The notes below the pieces were generated by a model, which made no database searches, was not told the DNA's origin, and worked only from the letters and a program-made list of their open reading frames with translations. From NCBI GenBank assembly GCA_002269645.1, contig NIVC01000962.1, positions 1 to 64,000 on the forward strand: a stretch of DNA of 64,000 nucleotides, given 5' to 3'. Position numbers and translations under genes: made by a program. Every line of letters starts with the position of its first letter. Position 1 is the stretch's first letter. Of the stretch, positions 12,056-47,295 are shown piece after piece. The stretch comes from Macrostomum lignano (taxonomy: Eukaryota).

Positions 12056-15000
12056 CTAAACACCGGTCTTGCTCCTCAGTCTCACTGTGGTGTCGAACCC
12101 GGGACCACGGTGGCCGACAGCTTGATCGTCGCTCGCGCCCTGCCTGACCTTCTGCAGCTGGGCCTCGTACCTCTTCTGCAGAGACTCATTGACGCTTTCC
12201 AGCGCCTGCAGCTCCCGTCTGGTTGCCTGGGTGATATCGTGCGGTCATATTTGGCTTCAGGTGTTAGTTGTCAGCATTTTGTTAGTCTGATGTCAATAAT
12301 TGATTTTGAAGTGGTTAATTACCATTCTGGATAAGAGTTCAGTTTCAACAACGAAATAACAGAATTAAATATGCAATTAAAGTTTGCTTTGGAAAATTTT
12401 GCGACCAGCGATTACAAAAAAGCGCAGCGGGTTAATTAGCTAGTCAGTGGCATCGGCTTTTCTGGCCGTCTGGATGTTGAAATCGTTGACGTTTTCGCTG
12501 GCCACCTTGTCCTGTCTGCTGAACCCCGTCTCTCTGAAGATCGCATCGTGCAGCAGCTGCGAAGAGAGTCAAGGATGCTTTTGTGAGGGATTAGCGATGA
12601 TTTTGTAACTGCTAGCTTGGGATTCGGGAAAATGGGAGTGTGTCTGTGGGATCATTTGCAAGATCTGGGATGTGGGTCAATGGGATCATTTGCAAGATCT
12701 GGGAAGTGGGTTGATGGGATCATTTCTAGGATCCGGAATGTGAGTCAATGGGATCATTTATAACATTCAGGATGTGAGTTAATGGGATTATTTGTAGGAT
12801 CCGGGATGTAGGTCAATAGGATTATTTGTAGGATCCGGGATGTGGGTCAAAAGGATTATTTGTAGGATCCGGGATGTAGGTCAATAGGATTATTTGTAGG
12901 ATCCGGGATGTGGGTCAATGGGATCATTTATAGGATCCGGGATGTGGGTCAATGGGATCATTTATAGGATCCGTAATGTGAGTCAATCGGATTATTTATA
13001 AGATTCGGGATATGGGTCAATGGGATCATTTATAAGATTCTGGATGTGGGTCAATGGGATCGTTTTTAGGATCTGGGATGTGAGTCAATGGGATTATTTG
13101 TAGGATCCGAGATGTAGGTCAATGGGATCATTTGTAGGATCCGGGATGTGGGTCAATGGGATCATTTGTAGGATCCGGGATATGGGTCAATGGGATCATT
13201 TGTAGGATCCGGGATGTGGGTCAATGTGATCATTTGTAGGATCCGGGATGTGGGTCAATGGGATCATTTATAGGATCCGGGATGTGGTTCAGTTCAATGG
13301 GTCAGTGTTTATCTGCGCATCTGCCACACAAAAGTAATCAAATTCACAATCTCAATTCTAGGTCACTTTGGGATCTCTGGGAGTGGTCCCACCTGCACAT
13401 CGCCACCCACGCTACTTGCAGCGATATTAGATTCGAAAATCTCACCTCGTCTTCTTCGTAGATCGCGGATGGAACAACCGACCTCTGCTTTGCGATTCCC
13501 TGGCGAATTTGTGCCTTTGAAAATTATTTTTATTCGCTGTTAACTATATTTTAAGCAATAGTGTTTGATTCTTTATTAGAAACTTCAATCGAGTGAAATC
13601 GAGAAAATTCAATCATTATGATAGAAAAATGAGTTTGCGACTACTATTAATAATATTCCTGAATTTTTAGAATCAGAAAAAATCTATCAAGCACAAACTT
13701 TGAAAATCCAGGATTGATTTTTTCATTAAAAGCGCCTTTTCATTGGATGAAAGCTGCTTTCAAACGCTGCTTCAAGGAGTGCATTGTTATGAAATTCTGA
13801 AGCTCCGAAGGCGAGAATAAAGTGAGCATTGCTGGCCTCACCTCAAACCTCTCCGTCTTGGCTTTGAGCTCTTCGTTCTCCTCCGTCAGCTTGTCGATCG
13901 CGCTTCGGTCCTCCCTGCTCTGCTCCATCGATTCGTTCAGCTGCCGCCGAAGTTCGGCCACCTCGCCAGTCAGACGGGCGGCCGCCTCCTGCGAAGGTCG
14001 GCCGGGAAGTTGAAGTAGTGGCGAAGTGATTTAACAGCACAATTCATTTCAGTAGCAGCAACGGTACTGACCTCGGTCTCCTTGGCACGGCTGTCCAACA
14101 GGTCTTTAAGTCGCTGGATTTCCTTCTCCAGTTCAGCTATGCGTGCATCGCGTTCGCTCAGCTCGGCCTTGAGCAGTTGGATTCAAATCATATTTATCAT
14201 CGCTATAAATTTATACATTTCTCTGTGCAATTTCTGCCGTTTTCGTGTTCAATTTGGGACGTTCTCGTGATCAATTTGGGACGTTTTCGTGTTCAATTTA
14301 GGACGTTTTCGTGTTCAATTTGGGACGTTCTCGTGTTCAATTTCTGCCGTTTTCGTTTTCAATTTGGAACGTTCTCGTGTTCAATTTGGGACGTTTTCGT
14401 GTTCAATTTGGGACGTTTTCGTGTTCAATTTGGGACGTTCTCGTGTTCAATTTGGGACGTTTTCGTGTTCAATTTGAATCGTTTTTATGGTCAGTTTGTA
14501 CTATTTTAAGTTTAAAATTGAACCAATTTCGTTTTCTTGAGCTACGAACTAAACCCGTTAGACACAAACGAAGTTCTAAGGACTAATTCTAGTTTATTAG
14601 ATTTTTTTGAGCTAGATACTAAAGCTCTCAAATGGTAGAAATAAATTCTTAGAATCCTACTGAAGTATAACACAGGTGAGATTCATACGAGCGTAGGTGT
14701 ACATGAAGCTGCGCAGTTGAAGAACTTCCTGTTTGCTAGGGCAGTTTGGTTTATATTCCTTGTCAAAGCCGTGCGAGTTACCTTGTGAGTCTCCCTCTCA
14801 GCTTCTAGCATGGCCTTCAGCCGGGCGATCTCGGACTCGAGCTCCGTCTGCACGTTGCCCAGCTGGTCTCCGTGCTGCTGAGCCAGCTGCTGCACCTCAC
14901 GCTCGTGCTGCTCGACAAGGAGAGTCCGCTCGGCCTCGTACTGGACCCCCAGATCTGTCATCTGGCGCATCAGGGCCGCCATGCGGCAGTCGTGCTGATC

Positions 15001-18000
15001 AATGATCTCTTTGAGCTGCTCAGCCGTGGCGCTGCGCATCTGATCGGCCTCGAGCTGGTGCTTCTCCTGCTCCGCCTTCATTGCCCGGTCCATGTCTTCC
15101 ACTTGCTGTGTACAGGGTGCAGGGTAGGCAGGGTTGAGTTAGCTGGTTTGCGACAAAATCGTGAGAGGGCATTCTGTCGTTTCTTTGTCACTTCAGTTGT
15201 TTGTTTCACTCGGTATAACATCGTTTCTCTCGACTTTTTTAAACGACTGCAAAGTGACTGGGAAACGACGGGTCGTTGCGCTTATTCGTTGTAACGTGTT
15301 TTCAATCTCTTGAGTAACGCCTTGAAAGCGAATTTACCGTCAGAGAATTGCTTTTATAGTCTAGTGTTTGCTTTGTATCTAGCCTAATCCTTGCTCAAGT
15401 ACTTCAAGTCACTTTTCAAAAATTTTGCGGACGTTTTAATCGTTTGTTATCGAGCACTTCAATTGGTGGTTATCAAACGCTTTAAAGCGCTTTTCAGACT
15501 TCAATCACTGTTTCTTCCCCTGTCAAGCAACTACAAAGGTCAAAGAGGTAAAGAGGTAAAGAGGTAGATTGTGAGAGGTAGATTGTGAGAGGTAGATTGT
15601 GAGAGGTAGATTGTGAGAGGTAGATTGTGAGAGGTAGATTGTGAGAGGTAGATTGTGAGAGGTAGATTGTGAGAGATATATTGTGAGAGGTAGGTTGTAA
15701 GAGGTAGATTGTGAGAGGTAGATTGTAAGAGGTAGATTGTGAGAGATAGATTGTGAGAGGTAGACTGCCAGAAGTGTATTGTTAGAGGTGGAAAATGAGA
15801 CCTAGATTTTGAGTTGTTGCTTAGTTCGGAAAAGTTACCCAAAATGCCTTAGACAGTTCTTATCTCTCCATTGCCTTGAGCTTTTTGACGAGTCGTTCGT
15901 CGCCTTGCAAATGCCCCTGTAGCTCATTACAGCCTGCCGAATGCAGAACACTTGGGAGTTCAACTAAATAGGTTCTTTATCAGCACTTTTCTGTTCAGGT
16001 GGAAAAGTCAGTTGCTACTATCAGGAGCTTGTCAATTTGCAAAAGTACGCAATCTTTCTGTAGACGCAGAATAAATAATGCAGGCTAATGGCGCCCTAGG
16101 GGCTGCTTTGAAAACTACTCAAGGAGGGGCTGCTCACTTTCTTTGTCCGCTCCTTCTGCTGCCGCATCGTCTCCTTGGCCTCCACCTCGAGCTGTCGATT
16201 CCTGACCCGAGCTTTGCGCCTGCTGACAAAATCCTTCTCATAGTCCGGCAGCTTGCGATGCTTCAGACAGATGATGGCTGATGGGGTGACGGAGGATTTT
16301 GAATGTCTTGGTCAACAATTTTGAAAAGGGTGCGTCTAGTTTGTGGTTGAAGCTGGTTTTGAATGGCCGAAGGCTTGAGCCACCAGTGCTCCCTGGTTAC
16401 AGTGTACGGGCTTCCCCACCGTAGAAGCTCTGATCAACAGAGTAGTTGAATTGATAGGCAAAAATAATAATAAACGATATTCATTCATTGGGGGCTATTG
16501 CGCGGCGCATCTGAAGGTTTACGTACGACTGTTAAGTCCAAGGTCGCCAGACACACCCTCAATTACACCAGCTAATGCTGAAGCAATGCAGAGTTGAGTG
16601 TCCTGCTAAAGTACACAAATTGTTCAGTCGCCAGTCAGACACTCCAACCACTAGGCTACAACCCCTTAGGCTACATCCTCAATATAGGCGACACCACCAA
16701 CGTAGAGCATATGGAACACGGGACTTCCAACGGCTGACGAACTGACCCGCTTTAGCAGTGCGGACCAGAAATTTATGTTGCAAGTTATCAGTGCTACTAA
16801 AATATTCCAGATTGCAAGGTGAGAATAGAGATCTTAAACAAAACCACTTCGGCACCTGCTGCAACCACAACCACGTTTTGCATGCTTGGGAGATTTAAGG
16901 CTGCAGCTGATCTACACTCACCTGTGACCCACTTGTTCCTGATGGATATGTTGTTGGCCTCGAATACCATTGGCTCCTTGGCGTCTTTGCCGTTCTTCAG
17001 CTGGAAGCGCACGGGCCTGTTGTTTTTGTCGTAAATTGGGGTCACTTCAGTGCACTCTCCGATGGGGATAAAGGCCCTGAGGTTGTTGCTGTCCACCTCG
17101 GCTGGGTTGTCCGCGAAAGCCATCCCGAGCTGGTACAGCACGCACCACTTAGGGTGCTGGGTGTGGTTCTTCTTCACCGGCAGCAGGAAGCCCTGAAATT
17201 TCATTCTAGTGTGTTTAGACCCTGATGGATTAGGGACTAAAAAGTTCACGGACTAACAAGTCTTCTCTTTCAGTTTATCTCTCTACATCGCTCTATCCGT
17301 CACTCTTGTTGAGTATATCTAAACTCACATTGAGGTGGATGCCCTCAAACAAGCGGATGTTGAGCTCCTGCATGGCGTTCTCAACGTACTTCAAGTCGGG
17401 ATTGCCCTCGCCATCCAAGACGTACATGCCGTTGTTCTCATTTAGCTTGGCGTTGAACCGGACCAGGGCTTCCTGGAAGTTCAGTGCGGTGCTCCCCATC
17501 ACCTCCTTCTCCTTGCGACTTGGCGTGTTCGTGGGCAGCGCCATGACTTTCAGGACCACGTTGGCCCAGTAGTCCACCTCCTCCCAGTCCATGACCACCG
17601 GATACAGAGTCCGCTCGTTCTGGTGGTCCCGCTCAGCAAATGTGGTGAAAATTTTCCACCAGATCTTTGTGCATTCGTCCGTCATCATGGAAGTGTGCTG
17701 GTCTTTGACCTGAGCTCGGCAGAGAACCCAGCACACCTCGTGCACTCTCTCCACACAGATCTTCTGCTGCTTCACACTCTTCTCCTTCACCAGAGTCTGC
17801 ACCGCCTCGTGGATGACGCTGTCAAGGTACAGCCTGCACTCTACCGTGTCCAGCTCTTTCGGGGCGCTTGTGTCGAAAATTTTGAGCAGCTCGCTAAGAG
17901 TTCCATCGGCTGACAGGTTGTGGGACAGAACCTGCATGAGGATGGAGGGTTCATATGAGGTCATTCTGATTCCAAGCTTACGATTTCAATGGCTTTTGCA

Positions 18001-19102
18001 CTCGAATGCAAATGCAGACCATACTAAATGACCCTCATACCATACTAAGTGACCCTCAGACCATACTAAGTGACCCCCAGACCACTAAATGACTATCATA
18101 CTATACTAAATGACCCTCAGACCATACTAAGTGACCCCCAGACCACTAAATGACCCTCATACCATACTAAGTGACCCCCAGACCACTAAATGACTATCAT
18201 ACTATACTAAATGACCCTCAGACCATACTAAGTGACCCTCAGACCATACTAAGTGACCCTCAGACCATACTAAGTGACCCTCAGACCATACTAAGTGACC
18301 CTCAGACCATACTAAGTGACCCTCAGACCATACTAAGTGACCCTCAGACCATACTAAGTGACCCTCAGACCATACTAAGTGACCCTCAGACCATACTAAG
18401 TGACCCTCAGACCATACTAAGTGACCCTCAGACCATACTAAGTGACCCTCATACCATACTAAGTGACCCTCAGACCATACTAAATGACTATCATACCATA
18501 CTAAATGACCCCCAGACCACTAAGTGACCCTCATACCATACTAAGTGACCCTCATACCATACTAAGTGACCCTCAGACCATACTAAGTGACCCTCAGACC
18601 ATACTAAGTGACCCTCAGACCATACTAAGTGACCCTCAGACCATACTAAGTGACCCTCAGACCATACTAAGTGACCCTCAGATCATACTAAGTGACCCTC
18701 AGACCATACTAAGTGACCCTCATACCATACTAAGTGACCCTCCGACCATACTAAATGACTATCATACCATACTAAATGACCCCCAGACCACTAAGTGACC
18801 CTCATACCATACTAAGTGACCCTCAGACCATACTAAGTGACCCTCAGACCATACTAAGTGACCCCCAGACCACTAAATGACCCTCATACCATACTAAGTG
18901 ACCCTCAGACCATACTAAGTGACCCTCAGACCATAGTAAGTGACCCTCATACCATAGTAAGTGACCCTCAGACCATACTAAGTGACCCTCAGACCATCTA
19001 GCTGTGACTCACCTGCAGCTTGGACCTCTTCACGGCGTTCTCATTCGGCTCTTTCAATGTCTGCAGAGCCTGCCAGATCATGGGCTTGATGGCGTGGAGC
19101 AT
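12056..19102 (-). CDS. SWAP70: SWAP-70/DEF6-like protein (N-terminal EF-hand-like region, PH domain, coiled coil), ~657 aa. Exons: 19013-19102, 17329-17931, 16922-17192, 16401-16429, 16138-16260, 14782-15105, 14072-14167, 13842-13988, 13446-13514, 12506-12556 (or 12440-12556), 12056-12226
   Basis: MLHAIKPMIWQAL...KRSKLQ|VLSHNL matches SWAP-70 AIWHAF...SKSQLK-VLSHNL as I recall it. Also CWVLC, KIWWKIF, PH strands GFLLPVKK...KWCVL...KWV and LLRWGSPYTH (cf. LLKLGSPPPH). All introns are GT-AG with consistent phases when assembled by hand. Confidence 0.85.
12650..13285. repeat. ~29-bp minisatellite (GGGATCATTTGTAGGATCCGGGATGTGGGTCAAT-like) in SWAP70 intron
   Basis: Tandem units read directly. Confidence 0.93.
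14225..14477. repeat. 22-bp minisatellite (TTGGGACGTTTTCGTGTTCAAT) in SWAP70 intron
   Basis: Tandem units read directly. Confidence 0.92.
15543..15768. repeat. 14-bp minisatellite (GAGAGGTAGATTGT) in SWAP70 intron
   Basis: Tandem units read directly. Confidence 0.93.
18017..18997. repeat. 21-bp minisatellite (GACCATACTAAGTGACCCTCA) filling SWAP70 intron 1, with recurring variant blocks
   Basis: Tandem units read directly; the array ends ~15 nt from the exon 1 donor. Confidence 0.96.
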
Positions 19103-19804
19103 TCTCACCTGGCTCTGATGTGCGGATGTTCAGATAAACAAACAAAAAAGATCTCTAATGCAAACAGAAGCCAAACTAAGTGAAACTGTTGATGCTAAGC
19201 AAAACAGCAGAGACCAACGAACTTCCAGATGTGCCCAGGCTAAAATAGCCAATTTGCAGAGAAGAGCAGCGAGTGGGGGGGCCTGCACGATGCGCGAGAA
19301 ATGTGCATTGGTGGGCACAACTTGCTCCAATGGTGGAATGCTTTTCTAATATTTAACGCACGAAGAAACACTCCCGTTCGGGGCAGAGAGAGAGAGAAAG
19401 ATGTTCCACACGAATGCCAAATTTTTAGCGAGAGCAATACGTAGAGAGATATAATACGAAAATTGCGCATATTGGCTAGGGGGGGGGTGTTACAAGGTTG
19501 TGCAGGTACGAGGCGAGACAGAGACTGAACAAGACGTCACTGCGGTAGACGCGCAGAAAAATAAAAGAAATATATACGCTTGAGTAAATAAGTCTGAGCA
19601 CGGCTAGACTTCTCGTTTAGGCAGTTTGTTTGTTTACAAGGAAGCCTGGAAAAAATCAATAATGCAATAAAACTGGCTATCCTTTTTTTATGCCGCAGAA
19701 ATAAAGACCGGCCCTATTTCTGTAGTGTTCTAATTAAGTCTTTTAAGACCGCTTATTAGATTAAGATTAGTTAGATTAAGACTTCTAATAAGCCGTCATT
19801 AATC

Positions 19805-20290
19805 TAACCATAACCATAACCCTAACTCTAACCTAACCAAACCCAAACCAAAACCTAAACGTAACCCTAACCATTATTTTTTGAGACGTAGGGGCTGTGT
19901 GCATCCTGGCGCACTTCAAGCGACATTGTCACACAACCGGCGAGAGGCATTACTGCCCATTCCACCGACTCCCCTGAGCAGGCACGGATACGTACGCAGG
20001 CACACACTCACACAGTAGTGTACAGCGGCCCTAACTTTATTTATCGTTAGACATGTACACTTCACTGCGCCTTGGGGGTTGGCCCTCAATGGCGTTGATT
20101 TCACGAGCCCCAAATTAAAGTGACTTCATGCACTTGGAATCGAGCCTGGGCCGCTGGCACATCAGAGCGCCGCGCTTGACCACTGGGCTACGGCTCTAAC
20201 CCTAACCCTAGCTCTAGCCCTAGACTCAACATTAATTCAAACCTTAGTCATAGACGCCAGCCCTACTTCTAGTCCCTAACCCGTACCCTT
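19805..20290. repeat. Degenerate telomere-like (CCCTAA)n tract, split by the SINE-like insertion
   Basis: AACCAT/AACCCT/AACCTA units at 19805-19872, resuming as TAACCCTAACCCTAG at 20197. Confidence 0.75.
19873..20196 (-). mobile_element. tRNA-derived SINE-like element (~324 bp)
   Basis: The minus strand begins GAGCCG-TAGCCCAGTGG (Pol III A box), then GGCTCGATTCC (B box with one mismatch) at tRNA spacing, a unique body and an A-rich tail CTCAAAAAATAAT. It is flanked by the 11-bp direct repeat TAACCCTAACC (19862-19872, 20197-20207). Confidence 0.65.
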
Positions 20291-20714
20291 GCCCAATGCT
20301 GCAGCACCTTATCTACAGTACCTTATCACAATGGCCAGCAGTTGCAGATTTAACGCAGACGTCAGTTTCTATTTTCTAAGGCCGTCTACCGTCCAGGTAT
20401 CGTACCACTCTTGTTTCGGCTCGTTTAAAGGTCCGAGCTATTTTTATAACCCTACTAAATATGCTATTATAGTCAGCCTAGGTGGGCACTGTAAAATTTA
20501 TCAAGTGCAGACTTGCTAAATATAGGCTACTTCACGGATAAGCCATCGTTGATGCATGCTAAACTGCTTATAGCATTAGTACTGACAGCGATGTATTCAG
20601 TGCAAAGTCATTGACTTCTGTTCCCTAGAAGGAATGACTTTATGACTTCCTTAAAAGTACTGAAATGGGCAGGGTATGATCAATTATAGAGCGATCTTGG
20701 TAGCTTAGCGATAG

Positions 20715-21057
20715 TGAGAGAGTAGAGATTCAGTAGAGAGTAGAGATTGGGTGAGATTCAGTAGAAATTAGGTGAGATTCAGTATGGATTAGGTGAGATT
20801 CAGTATAGATCGGGTGAGATTCAGTAGAGATTGGTTGAGATTCACTTGAGATTTGGTGAGATTCAGTAGACATTGGGTGAGATTCAGTAGAGATTGGGTG
20901 AGATTCAGTAAAGATTTGGTGAGATTCAGTAGACATTGGGTGAGATTCAATAGAGATTGGTTGAGATTCACTTGAGATTTGGTGAGATTAAGTAGATATT
21001 GGGTGAGATTCAGTAAAGATTGGGTGAGATTCAGTGGGTGAGATTCAGTAAAGATGA
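20715..21057. repeat. 21-bp minisatellite (GAGATTCAGTAGAGATTGGGT)
   Basis: Tandem units read directly. Confidence 0.92.
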
Positions 21058-21493
21058 GAGAATAGACACTGTGCCACAAAAGCAGCAATTCTGTGGTTTG
21101 GTAGCTCGTAATCGACCAGTAGGTGAAGGAATACGAGATTGCAGGTATATTTGAATTAGTAAAACCAGGTGAGCAACTTTGTGATTGCAACAGCAAACGG
21201 AAACAAAAATATTTCATTGACGGTTGATTGCATCTTCCGAATAAACAAGCATATGCATATCGCGTATTTACAATTTTTGGGCCAATGCATATTGTGCATT
21301 GCAACAATCAAATCATATTATTGTCGTGATATAAGTAGTATCGCTCGCTTAAGGGCACCACTACCAAATCAAAGATTCTTTGATCCGCGGTAAGATACGA
21401 TACCGCGGAGATTTATAATATAAACCTCTCCATTATTAATCTTTCGGACATTGAAAAGATCTGATGATTACTCAACTAAGGACGAGCCGAACT

Positions 21494-21606
21494 ATCAATC
21501 AATCAATTAACCAATCAACTAATCAATCAATCAATCAATTAACCAATCAACTAATCAATCAATCAACCAATCAATCAGTCAATCAATTAATCAATCAATC
21601 AATCAG

Positions 21607-21685
<79 letters not shown>

Positions 21686-21815
21686 GCCAATCAATCAGCC
21701 AATCAATCAGCCAATCAATCAATCAATCAATCAATCAGCCAATCAATCAATAAATCAATCAATCAATCAATCAGCCAATCAATCAATCAATCAATCAATC
21801 AGCCAATCAATCAAT

Positions 21816-21861
<46 letters not shown>

Positions 21862-21862
21862 G

Positions 21863-21909
<47 letters not shown>

Positions 21910-21948
21910 GCCAATCAATCAATCAATCAATCAACCAATCAATCAATA

Positions 21949-21978
<30 letters not shown>
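21494..21978. repeat. (ATCA)n / (TTGA)n microsatellite abutting and supplying the glycosyltransferase stop codon
   Basis: Tetranucleotide run with AGCC/AACC interruptions. Confidence 0.97.
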
Positions 21979-43326
<21,348 letters not shown>

Positions 43327-43663
43327 CGCCACAAGGGCCGGCGCCGCTCCGCCGGACGGCCAGCGCAGCGCCGCCAGTTGAGTCGCGGCAGCAGCGGGCT
43401 GGCCGTGCTGATGCAGGTGAGGCTGCAGCCGCAGCAGCTTCCTGCTCCCCTTGCCAGCGTCGTCGCCGCAGGATCCGGCTGGCGACAGTCGGAGCGTCAC
43501 CTCGCCGCCGCTGCCGCCTGCCTGGCGCACTGTTGTTGTTGGCGCCAGAGCGGCAGAAATCGCGGCGCCAGGGGAGCCGCTCGCGGAGGAAAAATGGCGC
43601 CTCCTCTGACAGCCGCCGCAGCCGCTGCCGCCTTGCCTCGAGGCTGCGTCTCGAGAGTCGCAA

Positions 43664-44830
<1,167 letters not shown>

Positions 44831-44837
44831 TAAAAAA

Positions 44838-45920
44838 GCAGCACAATCCCCAAACTTCACAATCCACAAAATTCACAATCCACAAGCTTCACAATCCACA
44901 AACTCCACAATCCTCAAAATGCACAGTCCACAAGCTTCACAATCCACAAGCCTCACAATCCACAAACTTCACAGCCCACAAACTTCACAATCCACAAACT
45001 TCACAATCCAAAAAGTTCACAATCCACAAGCCTCACAATCCACAAACTCCACAGTCCAAAAACTTCACAATCCACAAGCTTCACAATCCACAAACTTCAC
45101 AATCCCCAAACTTCACAATCCCCAAACTTCACAATTTACAAACTTCCCAATCCAAAAACTTCACAATTCACAAGCTTCACAATCCACAAACTTCACAATT
45201 CCCAAACTTCACAATCCCCAAACTTCACAATTTACAAACTTCCCAATCCAAAAGCTTCACAATCCACAAACTTCACAATCCCCAAACTTCACAATCCCCA
45301 AACTTCCAAATCCACAAACTTCACAATCCACAAACTTCACAATCCACAAACTTCACAATCCCCAAACTTCACAATCCACAAACTTCACAATCCCCAAACT
45401 TAACAATCCCCAAACTTTACAATCCACAAACTTCACAATCCACAAACTTCACAATTTACAAACTTCACAATCCCCAAACTTCACAATCCACAAACTCCAC
45501 AGTCCAAAAACTTCACAATCCACAAGCTTCACAATCCACAAGCTTCACAATCCACAAACTTCACAATCCACAAACTTCCCAATCCCAAACTTCACAATCC
45601 CCAAACTTCACAATCCACAAACTTCACAATCCACAAACTTCACAATCCACAAACTCCACAGTCCACAAAATTCACAATCCACAAACTTCAAAATCCACGA
45701 ACTTCACAAGCCACAAGCCTCACAATCCACAAACTCCACAGTCCACAAAATTCACAATCCACAAACTTCAAAATCCACGAACTTCACAAGCCACAAGCCT
45801 CACAATCCACAAACTCCACAGTCCACAAAATTCACAATCCACAAACTTCACAATCCAAAAACTTGACAAGCCACAAACTTCACAATCCACGAACCTCCCA
45901 ACCCGCCAGCTTCACAGTCT
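44838..45920. repeat. ~16-bp CA-rich minisatellite (CACAATCCACAAACTT)
   Basis: Direct reading. Confidence 0.95.
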
Positions 45921-46526
45921 TTTAAAACCAGAAAAAGCTATAGAATACGTGTAAAGACAATGAAAATCTACAAGCCAAACAGTAAAAAATACGCAAGTTA
46001 AACAATAAGTTGACCACAACGCAGTGTCTCTAACTACTTAAAGCGTATCGTAGGGACTCAGCAACCGAAAAAAGTCGCAATTTGTGCTTTTTGTTAGCAA
46101 ATGTTGTCCAGTGCAGTTTATAGCATTTGTCAGTGGGGTCAACTGGGATCTGTCAGGAACTGGGAAGTTGAAACTAACGACTACAGCTGATTAAAATTCG
46201 CAAATGAGGGGCACAAAACGCGGATACAGGTAACTGAACGACAAGGAGCACGCACAAGTCTCTTAGTTTTAATAAGCGCCTAAAAACAGAAGAGAAATAA
46301 TTAAACAAAAAATTCACGCTTTCCAAAAGTCACATGGCCGAACCTTTGGTGTACCTTGCAGCAAAACTGAGTCACTAGAAGTTCTTGGAATGATTTTTTG
46401 TAGAAGGGGACACAAAAGCTCGTGACACTTGGCGTACTTATCGAAGCTACAAGCCTACAACAAACAAAGTCATTTTACGAGCGTATTACTGATTTAATTT
46501 CTACTGTAAGTTCACAGATAGTTGTC

Positions 46527-47178
46527 CGATGAGTCACATGTTTGATGAGTGACATGTCCGATGAGTCACATGTTTGATGAGTGACATGTCCGATGAGTCA
46601 CATGTTTGATGAGTGACATGTCCGATGAGTCACATGTCCGATGAGTCACATGTCCGATGAGTCACATGTTTGATGAGTGACATGTTTGATGAGTGACATG
46701 TCCGATGAGTCACATGTCCGATGAGTGACATGTCCGATGAGTCACATGCTTGATGAGTGACATGTCCGATGAGTCACATGTTTGATGAGTGACATGTTTG
46801 ATGAGTGACATGTCCGATGAGTCACATGTCCGATGAGTCACATGTTTGATGAGTCACATGTTTGATGAGTGACATGTCCGATGAGTCACATGTCCGATGA
46901 GTCACATGTTTGATGAGTGACATGTCCGATGAGTCACATGTTTGATGAGTGACATGTCCGATGAGTCACATGTTTGATGAGTGACATGTCCGATGAGTCA
47001 CATGTCCGATGAGTCACATGTTTGATGAGTGACATGTCCGATGAGTCACATGTCCGATGAGTCACATGTTTGATAAGTGACATATCCGATGAGTGACATG
47101 TCCGATGTGTCACATGTTTGATGAGTGACATGTCTGATGAGTCCCATGTCCGATGAGTCACATGTCCGATGAGTCACA
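46527..47178. repeat. 16-bp minisatellite (GATGAGT[C/G]ACATGT[CC/TT]) just 3' of the GPCR stop
   Basis: About 40 units read directly. Confidence 0.96.
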
Positions 47179-47295
47179 GCTGAGTTATGAGTCATAACTA
47201 AAGAATGATTTCGCCTCGATGAGCGAATGTTCAGACCAGTCACCTTGCTGGTGACGCTAGACAGATTTCTGATCAGCTCAGTCGATTCTGCTCAA

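Noticed and set aside
20125-20197. Functional tRNA gene
   Set aside because: The acceptor stem does not pair, the T-loop has C in place of T, and the anticodon loop is 6 nt. It fits a SINE head or pseudogene better.
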